Below, one piece after another: positions 56,345-64,000 of a stretch of 64,000 nt of DNA. The stretch is taken from positions 62,001-126,000 of IMG/VR virus record IMGVR_UViG_3300030616_000016; one strand, 5' to 3'. How positions within the stretch are numbered: position 1 is the stretch's first letter; each line of letters opens with the position of its first letter. Made by a program: the position numbers and the translations under genes. The notes under the pieces are model-generated. The model made no database searches. It was not told where the DNA came from and saw only the letters and a list, made by a program, of their open reading frames with translations.

Positions 56345-56668
56345 TTAGTATTCTATAATGACTTCTGGCTGTTTATACTCATTTGTATCTTTGTTAGTTT
56401 TAACCGGCGGCAAGACATTAATGATCCTACCATATGTGTCTTTTACTGTGCGGCTCGCTTCAAATTCTTCTTGTGTTAGTTCATTGGGATTGCCATACTG
56501 TTTGACCCATCCATTATATAGCTGCTTAGCATTTCTTTCTCTTTTTTGTATGATGCTTTTGCTGCTTCTAAATGTACATATAATCATTGATGAAAGTATG
56601 CAGATTATCGCTAATAGTACTACTAATTCAATAAAGGCAAACCCTTTATTACACTTTAATATTTTCAT
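56345..56668 (-). CDS. Prepilin-type N-terminal cleavage/methylation protein
   Basis: NKG|FAFIELVVLLAIICILSS class III signal with E at +5. Confidence 0.75.
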   Translation of the reverse strand: MKILKCNKGFAFIELVVLLAIICILSSMIICTFRSSKSIIQKRERNAKQLYNGWVKQYGNPNELTQEEFEASRTVKDTYGRIINVLPPVKTNKDTNEYKQPEVIIEY

Positions 56669-56679
56669 GATATCTCCTG

Positions 56680-57048
56680 TTAGTCAATGTACCCATTTTT
56701 CTTAAAGCTAACTAATACTATCTTATTTTTCTCGCGATCATGTTGAAGCTTGATGTATACTTTGGTATTACCTATTACTGTTTTGTATACATCCATATAT
56801 TTTCTTACGTATAGATTTGCTTTTGTTGCATAAGCAAAATCTGGCTCTTTTAAGTTGAGCAGAGTTTCTACAACTTGGCTTTTTGAAAAGCTAAAGTCTT
56901 TTTGCGCATGATATCTCGCATCTCTTAATATCATATATCTATCATTCTTAATGAGAGTTTTTGCGCCTTCTAACTCAATAGAAGGCATGGCTCTCCTTTT
57001 TATGACAGGGAGATCTATGTCATTATTATTTGCTAAAGATACTTTCAC
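56680..57048 (-). CDS. MqsR-like mRNA interferase toxin
   Basis: LKEPDF...MDVYK...VYIKL...IVLVSFKK parallels the MqsR LSESDF...QDVY...VYLK...LIVSFKE pattern. Confidence 0.7.
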   Translation of the reverse strand: MKVSLANNNDIDLPVIKRRAMPSIELEGAKTLIKNDRYMILRDARYHAQKDFSFSKSQVVETLLNLKEPDFAYATKANLYVRKYMDVYKTVIGNTKVYIKLQHDREKNKIVLVSFKKNGYID

Positions 57049-57076
57049 TGGTCATTACTCCTCTGACAAAAAATGT

Positions 57077-57472
57077 TCATGGTAGTTCTGAATCGCAGCC
57101 GCAATTATTGCAAGCCTTATGCTTAATGTCTATATCTTGATTACCGCAATATTTGCATCTTATTACTTCAAGATCCTCAATTGATACATTTAGGTATAGA
57201 ATTGTTTCTCCATCTGATACTGCAAATCCGCCTACATTCTCTGAATTTATCACATTAAGTTCATCTTTTACTATATCGACTCCTACAATATTTAGTGTCT
57301 TACCACGAAATATATCCACATAACAAGGCCCACAAATTGATGATTGTGAGACACAACCATTTTCATCTATGTCAGCATGTCTTGCAGTTAAATTATATTC
57401 TTCATGTTCACCTATATTTAAGAATACAGGTGTTTTGTTAATATATGCCCGAACTGCCTCTTTGAACGTCAT
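57077..57472 (-). CDS. Hypothetical protein with C-terminal double zinc ribbon
   Basis: CKYCGNQDIDIKHKACNNCGC. Confidence 0.6.
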   Translation of the reverse strand: MTFKEAVRAYINKTPVFLNIGEHEEYNLTARHADIDENGCVSQSSICGPCYVDIFRGKTLNIVGVDIVKDELNVINSENVGGFAVSDGETILYLNVSIEDLEVIRCKYCGNQDIDIKHKACNNCGCDSELP

Positions 57473-57596
57473 GATTTATCCTCACGGTCTTTAAAGATTA
57501 TCAATAGTATTTTTAGCGAAATAACATACAGTATGAGAATACCTAGAAATAGCTTTAACCATAGAAATAGCATCGAATATTCTTCTCGATAGTATA

Positions 57597-57941
57597 TTAT
57601 TTCGCTTCACGGACATCAATCCCAAGTTTGTCTTTAATCCACTTTGCAACAAGATGTCTGTGACAAAACTTCGTTGATCCTTCCCAGCATAATAGTATGG
57701 GTTCGCCGTCTACTAGCTCATGAATTTCATCATAAACTTCAGCGGCATTTAATTTACTTAGAATCTTGTCGTATTCTCGTACATAGGCTATTTTATCCAA
57801 GTTTCTTCTATAGGACTGTAATAATTCTTGTGATGGAGCTAATGTACGATATGTTGAGCCTATATAGAATTTTGGAGGAAATAGCGCTATAGACACTGCA
57901 TCTGGATGAGTACCATAATTTCTGAAGTATGAAGTTTTCAA
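57597..57941 (-). CDS. DUF488-family protein
   Basis: MKTSYF, VSIA..PP, LAPS, LLCWE...FCHRHLVAKW. Confidence 0.8.
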   Translation of the reverse strand: MKTSYFRNYGTHPDAVSIALFPPKFYIGSTYRTLAPSQELLQSYRRNLDKIAYVREYDKILSKLNAAEVYDEIHELVDGEPILLCWEGSTKFCHRHLVAKWIKDKLGIDVREAK

Positions 57942-58174
57942 TTATCTTCTCCTTTGCTTTTATTATAATAGTATCTGTAAGCTTCTGTGGCTAATGCGCT
58001 CATCATAATTAGTGTGGAAGAACGATTGATATCATTTATTCTTATGAACTCATCAGTGAGCATACGTAATTTGCAATCGCCAATTTCTCCCTTATCTCTT
58101 AGAGTTTCATAATTAGATAGCAGTTCTTTTCTATCTTCGTCTGTCATTTCACCAATATATTCTTCCATACTCAT
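57938..58174 (-). CDS. Small hypothetical protein
   Basis: ORF track, 4-nt overlap with neighbour. Confidence 0.55.
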   Translation of the reverse strand: MSMEEYIGEMTDEDRKELLSNYETLRDKGEIGDCKLRMLTDEFIRINDINRSSTLIMMSALATEAYRYYYNKSKGEDN

Positions 58175-58177
58175 TAT

Positions 58178-58612
58178 TTAATCTCCATTGAGAGTTTCTA
58201 TTGCACGCTCTTTAATGATTTCTTTTACTTTGTCTTCTATCTCATCCATTTTATCTTCATCAAGATTATTTGATTCTGGTTTACGAGGACAGCTTGATTC
58301 CCAGTCACATTCGAAATCTACTGCAGATTTATCTGGTTCAATTGTGTATGTAGCACGACCATGATAATCTTGATATCTCCAATCAGTACTTACTGTCTGT
58401 ACTGATTTATAATTGGAGAGTTTTACTGTATTATGCTCTCTTGCTTCTTGTATATCATCCTGGATTTGTTCTTGTGTAACAATCTTATAGATTTGAGTAA
58501 TATACTTTTTATTACAAGAAGTTTTCATAGCTGCATCATGTATGGTTTCTGCTTCTATGATCTCGCTTTGTCCATTACAGCATAATACCTCAAAATGTGC
58601 TTTATTACTCAT
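58178..58612 (-). CDS. Hypothetical protein
   Basis: ORF track. Confidence 0.6.
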   Translation of the reverse strand: MSNKAHFEVLCCNGQSEIIEAETIHDAAMKTSCNKKYITQIYKIVTQEQIQDDIQEAREHNTVKLSNYKSVQTVSTDWRYQDYHGRATYTIEPDKSAVDFECDWESSCPRKPESNNLDEDKMDEIEDKVKEIIKERAIETLNGD

Positions 58613-58854
58613 TGCTTGTCCTCCTTCTCCATGAATTCAAGTGTATTGTAATCAATAGCTTTGAAGCCCTTCTCTTCGAATGTTTCCATATATTTAAGCT
58701 GGCGCTCAAGATCTTTCAACAAAGCTTGAGCATTTGCTCTAGGAGAGCCTTCTGCAGGTATGTTCTTCTTAACAAGATCAATTTTATCTCTGAGCTTCTG
58801 CTTAAATACATTCCTGTGTTTCATTGTCTCAGGGATATTTACTTTATGTGGCAT
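58609..58854 (-). CDS. Small hypothetical protein
   Basis: ORF track. Confidence 0.55.
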   Translation of the reverse strand: MPHKVNIPETMKHRNVFKQKLRDKIDLVKKNIPAEGSPRANAQALLKDLERQLKYMETFEEKGFKAIDYNTLEFMEKEDKQ

Positions 58855-58855
58855 A

Positions 58856-59629
58856 TTACTCCCTTTCTAGACAGAATGTCTCCATCATGTGATTTTGAAC
58901 TCCTCTGTATTGCCATTGAAAAGTACAATTGACTCCCTTAATCTTAGGAAACTCTCCAACATTTCTATCTTGTATTTTGCTATTTCTTGAGTCACTCTGA
59001 ATAGTTATGAAAATTAACTTACAATCGCTTTTGTTCACGAGATGTTTGACTGAAGATATTCTTTGATGCGTTAGTGGACCATTATAATCTAAGTGTGCTA
59101 CATCAATGTCTATACGACTACATTTCTTGAGAAATGAATCGACATTCTGGTTTATCAGTTTTACATCCTTACTTAGCTTGCTCTTTATCGAGTTTTCGCA
59201 GATTGTATATATACTGTTTTTCGCCTCAAAGGCTAGAATGTTGTATGTATCTACTCCAACCATGTTATTAATTATTACTAATTCAGTTCCTAGGTATGGT
59301 AGACATAGAAATTTGATGCTTCTTAGTCCTTTTGAGTGAATAATATTGCCTATGCTAGTAATGCTATACCGCTTACCTATTGTGGCATATTTATCATTAT
59401 TAGCGTCAATATTATTCTTTTTCTTAATGATTGGAAGGTTGGTTCTAACTTTTGTTTTGATGTTATGCAAATGTGTCTCAACAGTTCTTGGCTTTATATC
59501 AAGCTTAGCTGATATTTGAGGAATAGAAAGACCACGCATGAATAGATCAACATGTTCTTTTTCTCTCTTTGTAAACAAATGCTTTTTATTAGAGACATCT
59601 GACGGCAAATGAACTTTTGTCCTATTCAT
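58856..59629 (-). CDS. LuxR-type HTH fused to a Rossmann methyltransferase-like domain
   Basis: FTKREKE...GLSIPQISAKLDIKPRTVETHLHNIKTK; then FLCLPY, AFE, IDVAHLDYNG. Confidence 0.55.
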   Translation of the reverse strand: MNRTKVHLPSDVSNKKHLFTKREKEHVDLFMRGLSIPQISAKLDIKPRTVETHLHNIKTKVRTNLPIIKKKNNIDANNDKYATIGKRYSITSIGNIIHSKGLRSIKFLCLPYLGTELVIINNMVGVDTYNILAFEAKNSIYTICENSIKSKLSKDVKLINQNVDSFLKKCSRIDIDVAHLDYNGPLTHQRISSVKHLVNKSDCKLIFITIQSDSRNSKIQDRNVGEFPKIKGVNCTFQWQYRGVQNHMMETFCLERE

Positions 59630-59870
59630 CTGGATTCCTTTCTGCTGAAGTATCTCTATCTGGTCCTCTTACTATTGATCTTAAACTCCATGATTTAGAC
59701 TGTGGACAGGTTACGAAATGGCTTGTAAAGCATTCTGTTAAATGCCACTTCCCATTTTTATCTTTTGTCCAAGCTTTTATTGGATCGACATCTAATGGCA
59801 TACGTTTGCCATTGGCTGTTGTGATCCATTTAATATTTGCTTCACATGTTCTGCATTTCTCATATCCCAT
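59622..59870 (-). CDS. Small zinc-binding phage protein
   Basis: CRTC.A.I.W..T.NGK.MPLD...SHFVTCP. Confidence 0.65.
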   Translation of the reverse strand: MGYEKCRTCEANIKWITTANGKRMPLDVDPIKAWTKDKNGKWHLTECFTSHFVTCPQSKSWSLRSIVRGPDRDTSAERNPDE

Positions 59871-59890
59871 ATCTTTCTCCTATCTTTGTT

Positions 59891-60181
59891 CTAAAGTCCA
59901 AACAGTTTTCTGTCTGATCCTAGGTGATCAACTATTTCACGAGCTAATCTTCTAGTAACGAGAATACGTATCATATCATCATCTGCATATGGCTCCTTTC
60001 TTTCAAAGTTCAATTGAAGATGTTCTTCTTGTGTGCGCAGTGCAATGACTATTTCAGCAAACCACGATTCCATTTTACTGACTTCCATTTTTGCTTTATG
60101 TAGCTCGGAACTCATCTCCCAACATTTTTTATTTAGCTTCTTTTCGAGCTCTGTTTTTGGTTTTTGATTATGACAGTTCAT
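59891..60181 (-). CDS. Hypothetical protein
   Basis: ORF track. Confidence 0.55.
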   Translation of the reverse strand: MNCHNQKPKTELEKKLNKKCWEMSSELHKAKMEVSKMESWFAEIVIALRTQEEHLQLNFERKEPYADDDMIRILVTRRLAREIVDHLGSDRKLFGL

Positions 60182-60253
60182 TTTTTTCCTTCCTGTTGGA
60201 CAGAAATATATGGGGTCGGGCTCTATTCCCTTATGCTAAAATTATATGTTAGT

Positions 60254-60532
60254 TTACCACCCTTCCAAAAAACCTAAATTTTCCCAATGGATGTTTTCTT
60301 CCTTGTCTTTTTTCCATCCTCGTACTACAGTAACTTTCCTAAACCACTTTGTTTTAAAGTTTATTGTTACCGGTAGTATGGCAAACCAAGTTTTTATTTC
60401 TATCTCTGTTTCATCTCTTTCAGGATCTAAAAATCTCGCCAGTTCCCATCTTTTATCAATCATACATTCCATTATTGCGACTACTTGTTCCAACCATCGA
60501 GTTTCATTATTAGTTTTGCTCGTCGCTGGCAA
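60254..60532 (-). CDS. Hypothetical Trp-rich protein
   Basis: ORF track. Confidence 0.45.
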   Translation of the reverse strand: MPATSKTNNETRWLEQVVAIMECMIDKRWELARFLDPERDETEIEIKTWFAILPVTINFKTKWFRKVTVVRGWKKDKEENIHWENLGFLEGW

Positions 60533-60688
60533 TAATGCAAACCAAGACTTAATTTCTACATCACCACAAACAGGGGGGGTTTACGTTTACGCTTTATTCT
60601 CATTTCTCTTATATCCTTAACAAAAAAGTCAGTGGACCGGTTACTACTCAGACTACATCTTTACCTATTAATTCTATTGCTATGAACT

Positions 60689-61120
60689 TCATGTCTTGTC
60701 CTCTCGCCTAACTAAAAATGGCCCGCTTTGGTTATCCTTCACAAGCCTTTGTATTGTACCCTCGTCCAACTCAAAGCATTCCAAATTAGCCGATGTATGA
60801 GCAGACGGGACATGCGGAGCATAATCAGGATGTGATGACAAGCCCGCAGATGTTCTTAAAATTCCCTTATCAAAAGGAAGCTCAAATACAGTAAAGTAAC
60901 CATTATCGTTAGTAGCTTGTATTGCTTTTGATTGAGCTTGCTTCGAATTAAATCCGGTTGTTCTAACTTCATAATTAAAAATACAAAGCACATCACCAGA
61001 TTTCAAGTCAGAAGCGTTATGTACTACAACCAAATTAAACTTATCTTGGATTTCTTTGCTAAAGTTAAAGCATCCTCCAGCTTCTACTATTTCATCAGAC
61101 ATTTTTGACTCCTTATCCAT
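60689..61120 (-). CDS. Hypothetical protein
   Basis: ORF track; likely start MSDEIV after an AAGGAG RBS. Confidence 0.6.
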   Translation of the reverse strand: MDKESKMSDEIVEAGGCFNFSKEIQDKFNLVVVHNASDLKSGDVLCIFNYEVRTTGFNSKQAQSKAIQATNDNGYFTVFELPFDKGILRTSAGLSSHPDYAPHVPSAHTSANLECFELDEGTIQRLVKDNQSGPFLVRREDKT

Positions 61121-61256
61121 TAAGGTCTTTGTGCCGGTGGTGCTATATCGGGCTTTGGTGTTTTAGGAGGCTCGTTTACACCACCTTTTTGATATGCCCT
61201 TCTTTAATTGGATGTACTTGTCCCAGCACCTCCTAGCCCCGCCCTGAGAATATAAA

Positions 61257-61314
61257 CCTTGACTGGGCAAAACAAACCTGCTTCCCCTCAGGAAATCGAA
61301 AATCCCAGTCAAGG
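61257..61314. other. Stem-loop with an 11-bp outer stem directly after the ligase stop codon
   Basis: ccttgactggg (61257-61267)/cccagtcaagg (61304-61314). Confidence 0.65.
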
Positions 61315-61321
61315 AGGTTAA

Positions 61322-62962
61322 TTACTTATCGAGATGCCATGAATCGAATTGCGCGGCTCTTCCTTCATGCCCACCAAAATGATTAACTTTTGCGACTCTA
61401 CCAATATAATCATTTGGATTGTTCATAATTTGGATTACCTCTTCGCGGCTTCCCATACTTGAAGCTCCAATCTTAAATGGCTTGCCTGATTCTAGGCTTT
61501 CGAAATTGACAACGCCGGCTATTCCGCCTTTGTCACCTGGTTTAAGATTGACACTTGTTACTTCCCAATCTGCCTCATCGTCCTTAAACTTGAACTTTCT
61601 TCCGTCATTAATAGAGGCGTTGGCAGGAACACCAACAAACCCTTCAATATCTCTATGTCTATCGATATTGTTTATGTCTGCCTTTTCGGGTAATTTGATT
61701 AATCCGCCGCTTTTTGATACAAGAGACTTAAGTATGCTGTGATTATCAGACTGGCTGACTTCTCCAATAGACTTATTGTCTATTTTATCTGCCCGATATG
61801 CTCTTATCTCAGGTTTGATTGTTGGATCAAGGTTAGATCCATTGAGAATACCACCAATCTCATGCGCTTTGAGATATTTGCCATCTCTCTTAAAAGTAAG
61901 CTCGCCCATTGATAGCATCTTCTTGGAAGTCTTTATTTTCTCAATACCAGGAACTTTTGCGGTATATTCAATACGCTGACCAGTCTTCTTGCTAATTCTT
62001 GGAGACCAAAGCCTTGTGCCTTTGGGTCCGCTTTCAATATAAGCACTAGCACCGTCGTATTTTATTCTTACATCACCATCTTTACCAACAATTCTTTTGA
62101 ACTTATCAATATCCTGGTCATATGTTAGATGGAGCCTGTCTTTAACAGCCGGCGCGTTTGGTTTCTTAACTCCAAGACTAATAATAGGCACACTTCTATT
62201 ATCATTCTTATCCATGATTTTATATAGATAGAGTTTTCTATTATTGATAATATGAGGCGCGCTTATCTCTAGTGAGTTCTCACTACCATGCATATATATT
62301 GTCTTAGATGAAACTACCTGTCTGGATTCGCCTGCTCCATAGCCTGTAGGCCCATTCTCTTCTCCTATCCAGGATGTTTCTGCATCCTTAGGAGAATGAT
62401 CAAGATTTTGTGCCAGCCAGGCATTACCTTCAAATTCAGACCTGACAAGCTGCATGATTCTATCTTTAGTTGCTTCAGTAATAGAACCATCAGTATTTTT
62501 GCTTATCTTAAAATCTTGTGGAAGACGCTTCACAATACTAATGTTACCAATGTGTATATCTACATGGTTACCTGCCTTATTTGCTTCATGTAATATAATG
62601 ACCATTTTGGTAAATTGCGCCTTAGCCTTAGTAAATTCATTTGTTCTTCCTGCAGATAGATTGTTAGCAGAAGTAGGACGGCTTGTGTTTACAATTGATG
62701 TTAGCATTCTTGCACAAGACTTTGCACATGGTTTTCTTACTGCTTTATTGAACAACATATTACCAATATGCTCAGGAAGCCTGTCTTTCTTGTATGCATC
62801 ATACAACTTGTAAGCACTTCTGAATCTTCTGGCTCTACTAATTACTTTTGCAAGTCTTCTGCTCTTGAAAATGAGCGGACCTACAATTAGCTCTTCTGCT
62901 ACTTCTCTATATAGAAATTCAGCGTCATGAGTTTTCTTCTCAACTCTCGCTAGAATGTTCAT
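61322..62962 (-). CDS. ATP-dependent DNA ligase with a LigD-type 3'-phosphoesterase-like domain
   Basis: PE-like LHEANKAGNHVDIHIG, DHS and GYGAG; ligase motifs KYDG, GEL, EGFV, KFKFK; C-terminal OB domain. Confidence 0.75.
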   Translation of the reverse strand: MNILARVEKKTHDAEFLYREVAEELIVGPLIFKSRRLAKVISRARRFRSAYKLYDAYKKDRLPEHIGNMLFNKAVRKPCAKSCARMLTSIVNTSRPTSANNLSAGRTNEFTKAKAQFTKMVIILHEANKAGNHVDIHIGNISIVKRLPQDFKISKNTDGSITEATKDRIMQLVRSEFEGNAWLAQNLDHSPKDAETSWIGEENGPTGYGAGESRQVVSSKTIYMHGSENSLEISAPHIINNRKLYLYKIMDKNDNRSVPIISLGVKKPNAPAVKDRLHLTYDQDIDKFKRIVGKDGDVRIKYDGASAYIESGPKGTRLWSPRISKKTGQRIEYTAKVPGIEKIKTSKKMLSMGELTFKRDGKYLKAHEIGGILNGSNLDPTIKPEIRAYRADKIDNKSIGEVSQSDNHSILKSLVSKSGGLIKLPEKADINNIDRHRDIEGFVGVPANASINDGRKFKFKDDEADWEVTSVNLKPGDKGGIAGVVNFESLESGKPFKIGASSMGSREEVIQIMNNPNDYIGRVAKVNHFGGHEGRAAQFDSWHLDK

Positions 62963-62974
62963 GGTCTTTCTCCG

Positions 62975-63307
62975 TTAGTGTTGTGAGCCACAGCTTGAAC
63001 ACACGCGTGTATCTACTGAAACATCTCCCCCACAAAATTTGCATATAAAGTTCTTTGTATCTTTTATGTTTTTGACACTGCACGACTCACATACGTTACT
63101 ATATTTCGCTATTGTTTCTATATCTATGTTCTGTGGAACAAGGAATGCGACTATTTGTTCGTATTTCCCAGCAGTGTAGTAATCTTGACAGGTTATGCAA
63201 ACGCATTCCTCGATGAACTGATATACATCATACTTATATGTATCAGGGTCTACCCATTTTTTGATTTTAATTAAGTCTCCTTGTATGAACTTTAGGTATG
63301 TCCTCAT
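62975..63307 (-). CDS. Hypothetical protein with C-terminal double zinc ribbon
   Basis: CKFCGG...CSSCGS. Confidence 0.6.
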   Translation of the reverse strand: MRTYLKFIQGDLIKIKKWVDPDTYKYDVYQFIEECVCITCQDYYTAGKYEQIVAFLVPQNIDIETIAKYSNVCESCSVKNIKDTKNFICKFCGGDVSVDTRVCSSCGSQH

Positions 63308-63316
63308 CTGAATCTC

Positions 63317-63790
63317 CTAAATACTTGTCTCACATCCGCAGTTCTTACAAACACCTTTTTGTATTTCATCGCTGCCACAGAATTCACAAATTGCTAATTT
63401 CGCATATCTAATCGATTCGGATATTAAAAAATATTTTGAACCATTTGATACTATAAAGCAATCGGTAGGAAATAGTGCATCAACAGACTGTATGGTACAA
63501 ATTTTATCTCTTATTAAGTCTTCCACAAGTACATCAAATAGTTCTGTGCTTCTAATTCCTTTTGCATCAGTAAGTGTTGTTTTCATAGGATATGAACGAG
63601 GTATATCGAATACGATTTTTAGCTTATGTTTTATGGCATGCATTGCTTCTTCTATGGTCATAATATTATCCTTTGGAAATGATATTAGGCAGCAAGCTTC
63701 CATACTCCAGCTGAGGCGCCTGCTAATGCCCATGTAGAAGAAATGCCCATATATGTCAATATACTTGCTCCTCCAAGAGTGGAGAGGCAT
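63317..63790 (-). CDS. Hypothetical protein with C-terminal double zinc ribbon (likely start MTIEEA)
   Basis: CEFCGS...CKNCGC. Confidence 0.6.
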   Translation of the reverse strand: MPLHSWRSKYIDIYGHFFYMGISRRLSWSMEACCLISFPKDNIMTIEEAMHAIKHKLKIVFDIPRSYPMKTTLTDAKGIRSTELFDVLVEDLIRDKICTIQSVDALFPTDCFIVSNGSKYFLISESIRYAKLAICEFCGSDEIQKGVCKNCGCETSI

Positions 63791-64000
63791 AGCAATGAGA
63801 ATCCTTTCCAGTGATTAGCTATTCCTAAAAAGAAATTTTTTGCTGATGACACGAATGAGTTTGTAGTTCTTGTAATAAAGTCTTTCATCAATATACCTCT
63901 GATAAAATGTTAGTTTTAGTAATTTGCTATCTGACATAGTGTCACTGCAATAAGAGTTGTTACGACTATGGCGAAGCTTATTGACGCAAGTGAGCCGCAT

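Overview
A 64 kb segment of an AT-rich, large (jumbo-type) bacteriophage genome. This is inferred from dense minus-strand gene packing, GGAG ribosome-binding sites, sigma70-type promoters and bacterial-type dnaE/recA; no structural virion genes are recognisable. Replication, repair and transcription genes include a dnaE split by a split intein around a free-standing LAGLIDADG gene, RuvC, RecA, UvrD and SF2 helicases, family-4 UDG, a LigD-like phosphoesterase-ligase and a very compact two-subunit RNA polymerase. Accessory systems include a retron-type RT, a ubiquitin-like set (E1, Ubl, E2, JAB), a vWA/PP2C/kinase triad, PncA/PncB, an orphan MqsR-like RNase, and a TnpB IS200/IS605 element with a 247-bp miniature derivative. 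The strongest signal is non-coding: two arrays with a 35-nt period (49175-49534 and 50891-51476), each unit having two short conserved motifs and two 9-nt variable segments, beside a nuclease-less IS110/Nop-like gene. This matches the TIGR-Tas RNA-guided architecture. A second non-coding signal is a pair of circularly permuted tRNA-like modules at 31876-32120. All calls are by-eye motif recognition; no database searches or folding programs were run.
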